Below, in pieces: positions 55,037-63,563 of a stretch of 64,000 bases of DNA. Position 1 is the first letter of the stretch; each line of letters begins with the position of its first letter. The translations under genes were made by a program, and so were the position numbers. Below the pieces are notes generated by a model. That model did not search any database and was not told the DNA's origin. It saw only the letters and a program-made list of their open reading frames with translations. This DNA comes from an uncultured Ruminococcus sp. (lineage in GTDB: Bacteria; Bacillota; Clostridia; Oscillospirales; CAG-272). Location of the stretch: NCBI GenBank assembly GCA_905202255.1, contig CAJKRH010000003.1:2466-66465 (forward strand), written 5' to 3'.

Positions 55037-58000
55037 AATTCAAATTCAAGATACAGGGGTACCAAACCGATGCGGTAGACGCAGTGGTGAAAGTATTTGG
55101 CGGACAACCGTTTCAGGAAAGAACAAATTTCCGTCGGGATGTCGGCAAACTGTCGGCTCCGCAGCAAATTGCTTTGGAAATCGATGAGGACGGCGAAGCG
55201 CTTAACAGCGAGGTCGGCTATAAAAACGCCGCCGTGGAACTTTCCGACGATCAACTGCTTCGCAATATCAATGAGATTCAGTCACAGAACAATATTAAAC
55301 TTTCTTCCGCTTTAACCAGCGGAAGCAACTGCGGAAGATGCAGTCTTGATATTGAAATGGAAACCGGCACGGGCAAAACCTATGTCTACATCAAGACGAT
55401 GTTTGAGCTGAACAAGCGGTATGGCTGGAGCAAGTTCATTGTGGTCGTACCGTCAATCGCAATCCGTGAAGGCGTCAAAAAGTCGTTTGAAATCACCGAA
55501 GATCACTTCATGGAGAACTACGGCAAGAAAGCAAGATACTTTATCTACAACAGCTCAAATCTGGAGCAGCTCGATACTTTTTCTTCAAGCTCCGGCATCA
55601 ATGTCATGATCATCAATACACAGGCATTTGCCGCTTCACTGAAAGAGGACGGTAAGAGCAAGGAGGCGAAGATAATTTTCTCTCCGCGCGATACCTTTGG
55701 CTCCCGCAAGCCGATTGATGTTATTGCAGCTAACCATCCGATTCTCATTATGGATGAGCCGCAGAAAATGGGCGGCGAAGTGACGCAGAATGCACTCAAG
55801 AACTTTCATCCGCTGTTCACGATCAACTATTCTGCAACGCATAAAACGCAGCACAATCTTGTCTATGTATTGGATGCGTTGGATGCTTTCAACAAACGCC
55901 TGGTCAAGAAGATTGAGGTCAAGGGCTTTGAGGTAAAGAATTTCAGAGGAACAGACCATTATCTCTACTTTGAGAGCATTATTCTTTCCCAAAAGAAGCC
56001 TCCTATGGCTCGGATCGAGCTTGAAATCGGCTACAACAAATCGGTCAACCGGGAAACCCGTGTTCTCGGTGTCGGCGACGATCTGTTCTACATTTCGCAG
56101 GAAATGGGGCAATACAAAGGCTATACCATTTCGGAAATTGATCCGATTCAGAATACCATAACCTTCACAAACGGTGTTGTTCTGAAAGCCGGCGAGATCG
56201 TAGGAGATATTTCAGAACGGGATATGCGCCGAATCCAGATCAGAGAAACCATTCTTTCACATTTTGAGAAAGAAGAAAAACTCTTTAATATGGGCATCAA
56301 GTGCCTCTCATTGTTTTTCATCGATGAAGTATCAAAATATCGCCAGTACGATGAAAACGGAGACGAGAAACTCGGCGAGTACGGACAGATGTTCGAGCAG
56401 GAGTATATCAGCGTCCTCAACGACTATGTAACCTTGCTCGATACGCCTTATCAACGGTATCTGAAATCGACTTGCTCCGATGTATCCGCCGTACATAAAG
56501 GCTACTTCAGCATCGATAAGAAGACCGGCAGAAGCATCGACAGCGAGTTGAAGCGCGGCAGTGAATTCTCAGATGATATTTCTGCCTACGATCTGATCCT
56601 CAAAAACAAGGAGCGTCTGCTGTCATTTGAAGAACCGACACGGTTTATTTTCTCTCATTCCGCATTGCGTGAAGGTTGGGATAATCCGAATGTATTTCAG
56701 ATCTGCACATTGAAGCATTCAGACAGTCAAACAGCAAAACGCCAAGAGGTCGGACGAGGGCTTCGCCTTTGCGTCAATCAAACCGGAAGTCGTATGGATT
56801 CCGAGACGCTCGGTTCTTCGGTGCAGGATGTAAATCTCTTGACGGTTGTGGCAAGCGAAAGCTACCGTGATTTTGTCGGAGCCTTACAGTCAGACATTAA
56901 GACGGTTCTTTATGACAGACCGACTACCGCAACAAGCGAGTATTTCAACGGCAAGTATGTGAAAGTCAACGATGTCCCGACCCTGATCGATAAAAACGCA
57001 GCAGATACAATTGAATTCTATCTCATCAGTAACGGCTATGTAAATATGCAGCGTAAGGTCACGGACAAGTACCGCATGGATGTGCAAATGGGAACAATCG
57101 CTCCGCTTCCGGCAGAACTTGAACCTATGAGCGGTGGGATTCATACATTGATTCAATCGGTATATGATGATACCGTCATTGATGATATGTTCACCGACGG
57201 ACATGAATCTGCCATTAAAGAAAATCCGCTGAATGATAACTGGGCAAAGAAGGAATTCCAAGCCCTTTGGAATCAGATCAACCACAAGTACGCATACACT
57301 GTATCTTTTGACAGCAATGAATTGATCGCCAAGGCAATCGCTCATATTGATGACAAATTATTCGTTTCCGAACTGCAATACACAACTTCTATCGGCAGAC
57401 AGAAAACAGAAATGAATGAGTATGAGGTCGACAGAGGTGAATCGTTCGGTTCTGTAAAAACGAGAACGCAGACTCTCAGGCACGCAGAAACCAGTCAGGT
57501 CAAGTATGACCTGATCGGTAAAATAGCCGGTGGGACGACTCTGACAAGAAAAACCGTGGCGGCAATTCTGAAAGGAATACGCCAGGACAAACTTTATATG
57601 TTCAGGAATAACCCGGAGGAATTCATTTCAAAGGTTATTCGGTTGATCAACGAGCAAAAGGCAACCATGATTGTGGAGCATATCTCCTATAACTCAATCG
57701 AAGGCGGATTTGACAGTGGTATTTTTACTGCGGATAAGAGCAAACAAGCCTTTGATAAAGCATTCAGAGCCGAAAAGGCGATTCAGGATTATGTTTTCAC
57801 AGATGGCTCCGCCGAGCAAAGCATCGAACGCAAATTCGCACAGGATCTCGATGCTGCCGCAGAAGTCTGCGTATATGCAAAACTGCCGAAGGGCTTCCAC
57901 ATTCCAACTCCTGTTGGCAATTACTCTCCCGACTGGGCGATTGCTTTCTATGAGGGGACAGTGAAGCACATATTCTTTGTTGCCGAAACAAAGGGAACGA

Positions 58001-58146
58001 TGGAAAGTCTGAATCTCCGTCCAATCGAGCAAGCCAAAATTTCTTGCGCAAAGAAACTGTTCAATGAGATGTCCAACAGCCAAGTTCGCTATCATGATGT
58101 GGATAGCTATCAGAGTCTGTTAGACATTATGAACTCAATGGTTTAA
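55033..58146 (+). CDS. type III restriction enzyme Res subunit (SF2 helicase plus C-terminal PD-(D/E)xK-like nuclease)
   Basis: Start ATG 55033 (MKFKFKIQGYQTDAV) after GGAAGGAGGAAG, with an ATGA overlap. Motifs METGTGKTY and ILIMDEPQKM, and a C-terminal ..YSPDWAIAF...IFFVAETKG. Confidence 0.88.
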   Translation: MKFKFKIQGYQTDAVDAVVKVFGGQPFQERTNFRRDVGKLSAPQQIALEIDEDGEALNSEVGYKNAAVELSDDQLLRNINEIQSQNNIKLSSALTSGSNCGRCSLDIEMETGTGKTYVYIKTMFELNKRYGWSKFIVVVPSIAIREGVKKSFEITEDHFMENYGKKARYFIYNSSNLEQLDTFSSSSGINVMIINTQAFAASLKEDGKSKEAKIIFSPRDTFGSRKPIDVIAANHPILIMDEPQKMGGEVTQNALKNFHPLFTINYSATHKTQHNLVYVLDALDAFNKRLVKKIEVKGFEVKNFRGTDHYLYFESIILSQKKPPMARIELEIGYNKSVNRETRVLGVGDDLFYISQEMGQYKGYTISEIDPIQNTITFTNGVVLKAGEIVGDISERDMRRIQIRETILSHFEKEEKLFNMGIKCLSLFFIDEVSKYRQYDENGDEKLGEYGQMFEQEYISVLNDYVTLLDTPYQRYLKSTCSDVSAVHKGYFSIDKKTGRSIDSELKRGSEFSDDISAYDLILKNKERLLSFEEPTRFIFSHSALREGWDNPNVFQICTLKHSDSQTAKRQEVGRGLRLCVNQTGSRMDSETLGSSVQDVNLLTVVASESYRDFVGALQSDIKTVLYDRPTTATSEYFNGKYVKVNDVPTLIDKNAADTIEFYLISNGYVNMQRKVTDKYRMDVQMGTIAPLPAELEPMSGGIHTLIQSVYDDTVIDDMFTDGHESAIKENPLNDNWAKKEFQALWNQINHKYAYTVSFDSNELIAKAIAHIDDKLFVSELQYTTSIGRQKTEMNEYEVDRGESFGSVKTRTQTLRHAETSQVKYDLIGKIAGGTTLTRKTVAAILKGIRQDKLYMFRNNPEEFISKVIRLINEQKATMIVEHISYNSIEGGFDSGIFTADKSKQAFDKAFRAEKAIQDYVFTDGSAEQSIERKFAQDLDAAAEVCVYAKLPKGFHIPTPVGNYSPDWAIAFYEGTVKHIFFVAETKGTMESLNLRPIEQAKISCAKKLFNEMSNSQVRYHDVDSYQSLLDIMNSMV

Positions 58147-58163
58147 TTCAATAGCAACTCAAA

Positions 58164-58199
58164 AACCGCCTGCGATTCAATCACGAACCGTAGGCGGTT
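58164..58199 (+). terminator. hairpin downstream of res (weak terminator)
   Basis: AACCGCCTGCG...CGTAGGCGGTT, an 11-bp stem with one G-U pair and a 14-nt loop. The T-tail is poor. Confidence 0.4.
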
Positions 58200-58314
58200 A
58201 TCTTCGCTCAACTATTGTTAAAGAAAGCGGAGAGATCATTTTATCTCTGCGTTATTTCTTTGAAGTTTTGATGCTCCATCGGCATCACTGTCAACTCGTT
58301 CGTATCCTATCGGT

Positions 58315-58344
58315 AAAAACAAAAAGGACACCTTTCGGTGTCCT
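58315..58344 (-). terminator. intrinsic terminator of the intact tRNA-Ser
   Basis: AGGACACC-TTTC-GGTGTCCT, followed on the minus strand by TTTTTGTTTTT. Confidence 0.8.
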
Positions 58345-58348
58345 GCGT

Positions 58349-58437
58349 TGGCGGAGAGGAAGGGATTCGAACCCTTGTGCGCTTTCGCGCAAACTGATTT
58401 CGAGTCAGCCCCGTTATGACCACTTCGATACCTCTCC
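58349..58437 (-). tRNA. tRNA-Ser (anticodon CGA), class II with long variable arm, CCA encoded
   Basis: The minus strand reads GGAGAGGTATCGAAGTGGTCATAACGGGGCTGACTCGAAATCAGTTTGCGCGAAAGCGCACAAGGGTTCGAATCCCTTCCTCTCCGCCA. It has a 7-bp acceptor stem GGAGAGG/CCTCTCC, anticodon loop CTCGAAA, T-loop GGTTCGAATCC and a hairpin variable arm. Confidence 0.92.
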
Positions 58438-58596
58438 ATATATGTTCACCCTCAAAAACAAGGGAAACAATCATTATTCAATTTTTTAGAAAACCCGTTA
58501 GATAAGTCGGTCAGAAAAATCATCAACCGAGCGAAAACCCAACAAAATCAAGGCTTTCCGGCGGTTTTCAGTGGCACAACTACTCAAATGTGTACA

Positions 58597-58639
58597 TGAT
58601 TTCGAGTCAGCCCCGTTATGACCACTTCGATACCTCTCC
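58597..58639 (-). repeat. orphan 5' portion of tRNA-Ser, from the 5' end to the anticodon loop; right att-like junction
   Basis: 43 nt identical to 58395-58437. Identity begins at TGATTTCGAGT. It lies about 50 nt downstream (minus strand) of a consensus promoter. Confidence 0.85.
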
Positions 58640-58689
58640 GTATATAAGAATGAGGCAAAACCGATTTATGCGCCTCACTTTGCTAAAGC

Positions 58690-58718
58690 ATTATAGCACA
58701 TAAAATCGGTTTTGTCAA
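58690..58718 (-). promoter_or_regulatory. consensus sigma70-type promoter of the ancestral tRNA-Ser gene
   Basis: On the minus strand: TTGACA (58718-58713), a 17-nt spacer, and TATAAT (58695-58690). Confidence 0.75.
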
Positions 58719-58753
58719 CGGGAAAAGTCCATACTTGAAAAAATTATTTTCTT

Positions 58754-60739
58754 TTATCTTTTTCCGTGCGGGTTACTGCTTCTTTTTTGCGGCTTTTTCG
58801 CATCATTTTTATCAGAATAACCTTTTGCGGGCGATTTTCCGTTCCTCTCATTTTTGCGCGGCGGTTTGCCGTCGTTTGCGGGATTTCCGCGCTTCGCGCT
58901 TCCCTGCTTTGCGCCGACCTGTTTATATCCGCGCGTACCTGCGCTGTCAGGACGCACGAGACATTTTTCGCCATAGCCGATGAGGTCGCTTCTGCCTGCC
59001 TCGCGGAGCGCACGAAGCACTATAACGCGGTTTTCGGGGCGGAAATATTGCAGGAGTGCTCTCTGCTCCGCCTTTTCCGCAGGCGTTTTCGGCACATAAA
59101 TCGGCTTCATCGTATATGGGTCAAGCCCCGTATAGAACATACAGGTCGACACCGTCCCGGGAGTCGGATAAAAATCCTGAACCTGCTCGGGATGTATTCC
59201 CTCCTCCTTGAGAAACTGCGCAAGTATTATCGCATCTTTTATAGTGCTTCCCGGATGACTCGACATGAGATACGGCACGAGATATTGTTTCTTATCCATG
59301 CTTTTTGTCAGCTCATAGAAGCGCGCACGGAATTTCTTATAAACGGAAATATCAGGCTTGCCCATGGCAGTCAGCACTCCTGCCGAGCAATGCTCGGGTG
59401 CGACCTTAAGCTGTCCGCTGACATGATAACGCACGAGGTCCTTGAAGAAATCATCGTTTTTATCGAGAAGCATATAATCAAATCTGATTCCCGAGCGTAT
59501 GAAAATTTTCTTTATTCCCTTTATTTCGCGCAGGCGGCGAAGAAGATGCAGATATTCGCTTTCGTCTACCACAAGATTCTTGCATGGCGTAGGCGCAAGG
59601 CACTTTTTGCCCTTGCACATGCCGCGCTTTTCCTGCCCGTTGCAGGAGGGGCGGCGGAAATTTGCCGTAGGTCCGCCGACATCATGGATATATCCCTTGA
59701 AATCGGGCATAGCGGCAAGCATTTTTGCCTCGCGGACAACGGAATCCTCGCTGCGGCAGGTAATATATCTTCCCTGATGATAAGCTATGGAGCAGAAATT
59801 GCAGGCGCCGAAGCAACCGCGCACATGAGTTATCGAAAATTTCACCTCTTCTATCGCGGGAACTCCTCCCTGCGCTTCATATGACGGATGATAATTTCTC
59901 ATATACGGCAGTTCATATACCGCGTCAAGCTCCTCCTGCGAAAGAGGAAGCGCAGGAGGATTCTGAACAACAATCCTGTCTCCGTGCCGCTGAATTACGG
60001 TTTTGCCGCGGAAAGCATCGGATTCATCCTGCTGAATACGGCAGGATTTCGCATATGCCGCCTTTCCTGCAGGCGTATTTTCCTTTACCTGCTCAAATGA
60101 GGGACATTCCTCGCAGGGGCGATATGTATATTCGCTTGTTTTAACGGAATATGATGTGCCGCGTATATCGGTGAGCATAGAAATATGCTCGCCCTCATCG
60201 AGCCGCTTCGCTATCTCAACGCAGGAATGCTCACCCATGCCGAACATGAGCAGATCGGCATCACATTCTGTCAGTATCGAAGGGCGCACGCGGTCATCCC
60301 AGTAATCATAATGGGCAAATCGGCGAAGCGAAGCCTCCAGCCCGCCTATACAGAGCGGAATATCGCCGTAGAGACGGCGGATATTTTTGCAGTAAACCTC
60401 CGTTGCGCGGTCGGGACGCTTCCCTGCCTTGCCGCCGGCCGTATAATAATCGTTACTGCGCTTTCTCTTTGCGGCGGTATAATGCGCCACCATGGAATCT
60501 ATATTTCCACCCGAGACGAAAAAGGCAAGACGCGGGCGACCGAACTGCATATAGTCGGCATCGCACTGCGGCTGTGAACATATGCATATTTTTAAGCCCG
60601 CGGCTTCAAGCACACGGGAGATTATTGCTATACCGAAGCTCGGATGGTCTACATAGGCATCGCCCGTGACGCAGACTATATCCGGCGCGTCCCAGCCGCG
60701 CTCAAGCATTTCTTTTTTACTTAACGGAAGAAAATGCAT
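58754..60739 (-). CDS. ygiQ: YgiQ-family radical SAM protein (UPF0313)
   Basis: N-terminus MHFLPLSKKEMLERGWDAPDIVCVTGDAYVDHPSFG, radical SAM cluster motif GCFGACNFCSI, and a long basic C-terminal tail. Confidence 0.88.
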   Translation of the reverse strand: MHFLPLSKKEMLERGWDAPDIVCVTGDAYVDHPSFGIAIISRVLEAAGLKICICSQPQCDADYMQFGRPRLAFFVSGGNIDSMVAHYTAAKRKRSNDYYTAGGKAGKRPDRATEVYCKNIRRLYGDIPLCIGGLEASLRRFAHYDYWDDRVRPSILTECDADLLMFGMGEHSCVEIAKRLDEGEHISMLTDIRGTSYSVKTSEYTYRPCEECPSFEQVKENTPAGKAAYAKSCRIQQDESDAFRGKTVIQRHGDRIVVQNPPALPLSQEELDAVYELPYMRNYHPSYEAQGGVPAIEEVKFSITHVRGCFGACNFCSIAYHQGRYITCRSEDSVVREAKMLAAMPDFKGYIHDVGGPTANFRRPSCNGQEKRGMCKGKKCLAPTPCKNLVVDESEYLHLLRRLREIKGIKKIFIRSGIRFDYMLLDKNDDFFKDLVRYHVSGQLKVAPEHCSAGVLTAMGKPDISVYKKFRARFYELTKSMDKKQYLVPYLMSSHPGSTIKDAIILAQFLKEEGIHPEQVQDFYPTPGTVSTCMFYTGLDPYTMKPIYVPKTPAEKAEQRALLQYFRPENRVIVLRALREAGRSDLIGYGEKCLVRPDSAGTRGYKQVGAKQGSAKRGNPANDGKPPRKNERNGKSPAKGYSDKNDAKKPQKRSSNPHGKR

Positions 60740-60897
60740 AATTTTGATTCTCCTTATTTGATAAAGTAATTATACATTAAATTTCCGCTTCTGTCAACCG
60801 AGGAGATAATATAAAAATATTTTTATTTATTATTGTAAAAGCGAAATATTTGTGATATAATTAACCTGAAATATTAGTTTTTTTCTAAGGAGAAAAC

Positions 60898-63528
60898 ATG
60901 GAAAATCTGAAAATCTATGACCTCACCGTAAATTATCTGAAAAATCCCTGCGGGATAGACACCGTGCCGCGTTTTTCTTTCAAGGCGCAAAGCGGCATAC
61001 GCGGCGATAAACTCGCGGAATTTACCGTAACGGTCAGTGCAAACCCCGATTTTTCCTCGCCCGTATGGCAGAGGCATTTCGGCTCGGAGGATGAAAGCGT
61101 CCTCATCAGATACGAGGGAGAAGCGCTCTCCCCGGTCACGCGGTACTATTTTTCCGTTGCGGCAAAGAGCGCGGCGGGTGCCGTGGGCAAAAACGAAAGC
61201 GGCACATTCGTCACAGGCAAGCTCTCCGAGCGTTGGAGCGGAAAATGGATAACTGCAAACTTCATCCGAAAGGAAGATTCGGCTTTTGCCGCACCTTATC
61301 TGCGCAAGACCTTTGATATTTCCGCGCCGGTAAAGGAAGCATATCTCACTATATGCGGACTCGGATATTTCGAGAGCTATATAAACGGCGAAAAGACAGG
61401 CGATGATATGCTCTCCCCTGCCTTTACGCGATATGACGCGACAGATATGTATATGGTATACGATGTGAAGCGCCTGCTCACCGTCGGCAAAAACGCGCTC
61501 TCCGCCGTCCTCGGAAACGGCTGGTACAACTGCTTTGCCGAGGACCCGTGGAATACCCGCGCTGCTTCATGGCGCCATTGGCCGAAGCTCATCTGCGAAC
61601 TGAAAATAACATACGAAAACGGCGAAACCGAGATTATCCCCTCCGATACATCATGGAAAAGCTCGCACGGACCCATCATCTTCAACGGAATCCGAAACGG
61701 CGAGCATTACGATGCGCGCCTTGAACTTGACGGATGGACGGAAGCCGACTATGACGACAGCGCATGGGAAGGCACAAAGATAATGAAAAGCCCCGGCGGA
61801 CTTCTCCGCGCCATGGAGATGGAGCCTATCCGCGTGCGCACCGTCATCGATGCAAAGAAAATGTGGAAAACGCCGGGCGGCGCCTATGTTTTCGATATCG
61901 GGCAGAATCAGGCGGGCATAGGCAAATTCGTTTTCCGCGGCAAGGCGGGAACGGAAATCACCATAAGATATTCCGATGTGCTGAAGGATGACGGCGAGAT
62001 AGATACAAGCGCGATAGGCGGATTTGTGCGCAGTCACGGCTTCCAGACGGACAAGTATATCAAAAAGAGCGATGAACCGGAATGCTGGCATCCGATATTC
62101 GTTTACCACGGCTTCCAGTATATCGAGATTACAGGCATAGATTACGAACCCGAGCTTTCCGATGTCAAGGCGATGACGCTCTGCACCGCCGTCGACGATA
62201 CAGGCAGATTCTCCTGCTCGGACGAGCTTCTCAATAAAGTTCAGCATATGTGCCGCTGGTCCACCATCTCGAATATGCATTCCATACCGACCGACTGCCC
62301 CCACAGAGAGAAAAACGGCTGGACAGGCGATACAAGCCTCTCCTGCGAGCAGATGCTGACAAACTTCGGCACGCGCGCTTTCCTCTCCAAGTGGAATGAC
62401 GATATGATAACCTCCCAGCGCCCCGCAGGTCAGATTCCCTGCGTTGTCCCCTCCACGGGATGGGGCTACTACGGGCTGATGGGACCCGACTGGTCGAGCG
62501 CACTGATAAATGTTCCGTATAATATCTATATCTACAACGGCGATAAGGATATCCTCGCAAAAAGCTACGAGGCTATAAAGAAAAACTGCGATTTCATGGA
62601 GAGCATGACAACGGATTATACCCTTGATTACGGCACGGGCGACTGGTGTCCGCCTTTTGAGGGTCCCGCCATCTCCAAGAATATGGGCGCATACAAGTGC
62701 CCGACAAGAGTTTCCGATACGGCATTCTTCTATAACGCCGCAAGGACTGTTGTCAAGATGGCAGACATTCTCGGCTACGGCGACGATGCGGAATACTACA
62801 GAAACCTCGCCGAGAAGATACGCACGGTTTTCCGCGAGAAATTCTACGATGCCGAGCATCATACAGTCATGGGCGATTGTCAGACGGCAACGGCGGCAAT
62901 GCTTTATTTCGACCTCTGCACGGAGGAGGAGCGCCGTCCGCTCATAGATACGCTCATTTCGCAGATAGAGCGCAATGACTGGCATCTCGATTTCGGCGTT
63001 CTCGGCTGTAAATTCGTTATGCATTCGCTCGGCAGAGCCGGCGAGGGCAATGTCGGTCACCGTATGCTCGCGCAGAGGACTTTTCCCGGTTGCCGCAGAT
63101 GGATAGACCTCGGCGCCACCACTCTCTGGGAATGCTGGAACGGCGGCGGCTCGCATAACCATCATATGTTCTCCGACCTTTCTTCATTTATGTATAAATA
63201 TGTCGGCGGTATCTCACCCGATGAAAACGACCCCGGCTTCCGCCATACGATATTCCGCCCCGCAGTGGACTGCGGCATGGAAAGCGCCGCCGCATCGCAT
63301 GAGAGCATGTACGGCGAGGTCAAGTGCTACTGGGCAAACCGCGACGGAAAGCTTACGGTAAATCTGACCGTTCCTTTCGGCTGCAGCGGAACGCTCTACC
63401 TGCCCTCGAAATATTTCGATGCGCTCACGGAAAGCGGCGTCAAGGCAAGGGATATGCTTCCCTGCACGGTCATCGGAAACGAAGTCGGCTTTGAGCTCTG
63501 CGGCGGTGAATACAGCTTCACGGCATGA
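60898..63528 (+). CDS. alpha-L-rhamnosidase, glycoside hydrolase family 78 (paralogue of 25442..28081)
   Basis: Same motif set as the first copy: AAPYLRKTF, TICGLGYF, FDIGQNQAG, GDWCPPFEG and WECWNGGGSHNHHMFSDLSSFMYKYVGGI. Confidence 0.9.
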   Translation: MENLKIYDLTVNYLKNPCGIDTVPRFSFKAQSGIRGDKLAEFTVTVSANPDFSSPVWQRHFGSEDESVLIRYEGEALSPVTRYYFSVAAKSAAGAVGKNESGTFVTGKLSERWSGKWITANFIRKEDSAFAAPYLRKTFDISAPVKEAYLTICGLGYFESYINGEKTGDDMLSPAFTRYDATDMYMVYDVKRLLTVGKNALSAVLGNGWYNCFAEDPWNTRAASWRHWPKLICELKITYENGETEIIPSDTSWKSSHGPIIFNGIRNGEHYDARLELDGWTEADYDDSAWEGTKIMKSPGGLLRAMEMEPIRVRTVIDAKKMWKTPGGAYVFDIGQNQAGIGKFVFRGKAGTEITIRYSDVLKDDGEIDTSAIGGFVRSHGFQTDKYIKKSDEPECWHPIFVYHGFQYIEITGIDYEPELSDVKAMTLCTAVDDTGRFSCSDELLNKVQHMCRWSTISNMHSIPTDCPHREKNGWTGDTSLSCEQMLTNFGTRAFLSKWNDDMITSQRPAGQIPCVVPSTGWGYYGLMGPDWSSALINVPYNIYIYNGDKDILAKSYEAIKKNCDFMESMTTDYTLDYGTGDWCPPFEGPAISKNMGAYKCPTRVSDTAFFYNAARTVVKMADILGYGDDAEYYRNLAEKIRTVFREKFYDAEHHTVMGDCQTATAAMLYFDLCTEEERRPLIDTLISQIERNDWHLDFGVLGCKFVMHSLGRAGEGNVGHRMLAQRTFPGCRRWIDLGATTLWECWNGGGSHNHHMFSDLSSFMYKYVGGISPDENDPGFRHTIFRPAVDCGMESAAASHESMYGEVKCYWANRDGKLTVNLTVPFGCSGTLYLPSKYFDALTESGVKARDMLPCTVIGNEVGFELCGGEYSFTA

Positions 63529-63563
63529 GCGACCGTTCAAAACAATGTGAAAGGAGCGCTTAA

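Larger units (their letters stand above)
40274..58596. mobile_element. 18.3-kb integrated genomic island splitting a tRNA-Ser gene at the anticodon loop
   Basis: Bounded by the orphan tRNA 3' portion (40214-40273) and the orphan 5' portion (58597-58639), which share the 11-nt overlap TGATTTCGAGT. It contains int, an xis-like gene and a mobC-like gene, plus an accessory defence operon. Confidence 0.7.

Noticed and set aside
46528-58146. Classifying the SNF2 + methyltransferase + helicase-nuclease operon as DISARM or BREX.
   Set aside because: I could not recognise a DUF1998-type DrmA/DrmB pair, a stand-alone PLD gene, PglZ, BrxC/PglY or BrxL. The Mod and Res proteins look like ordinary type III subunits, so those labels would be unsupported.
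61651-63165. 504-aa minus-strand ORF inside the second GH78 gene. Similar long antisense ORFs occur at 27209..27961, 4927..5835, 18045..19184, 16829..17782, 58766..59884, 9655..10671, 12011..12754, 15192..16058 and 44995..45666.
   Set aside because: These are shadow ORFs opposite well-supported genes. Their translations are low-complexity (rich in R/A/C/H), lack motifs and lack an RBS, as is typical of GC-moderate antisense frames.
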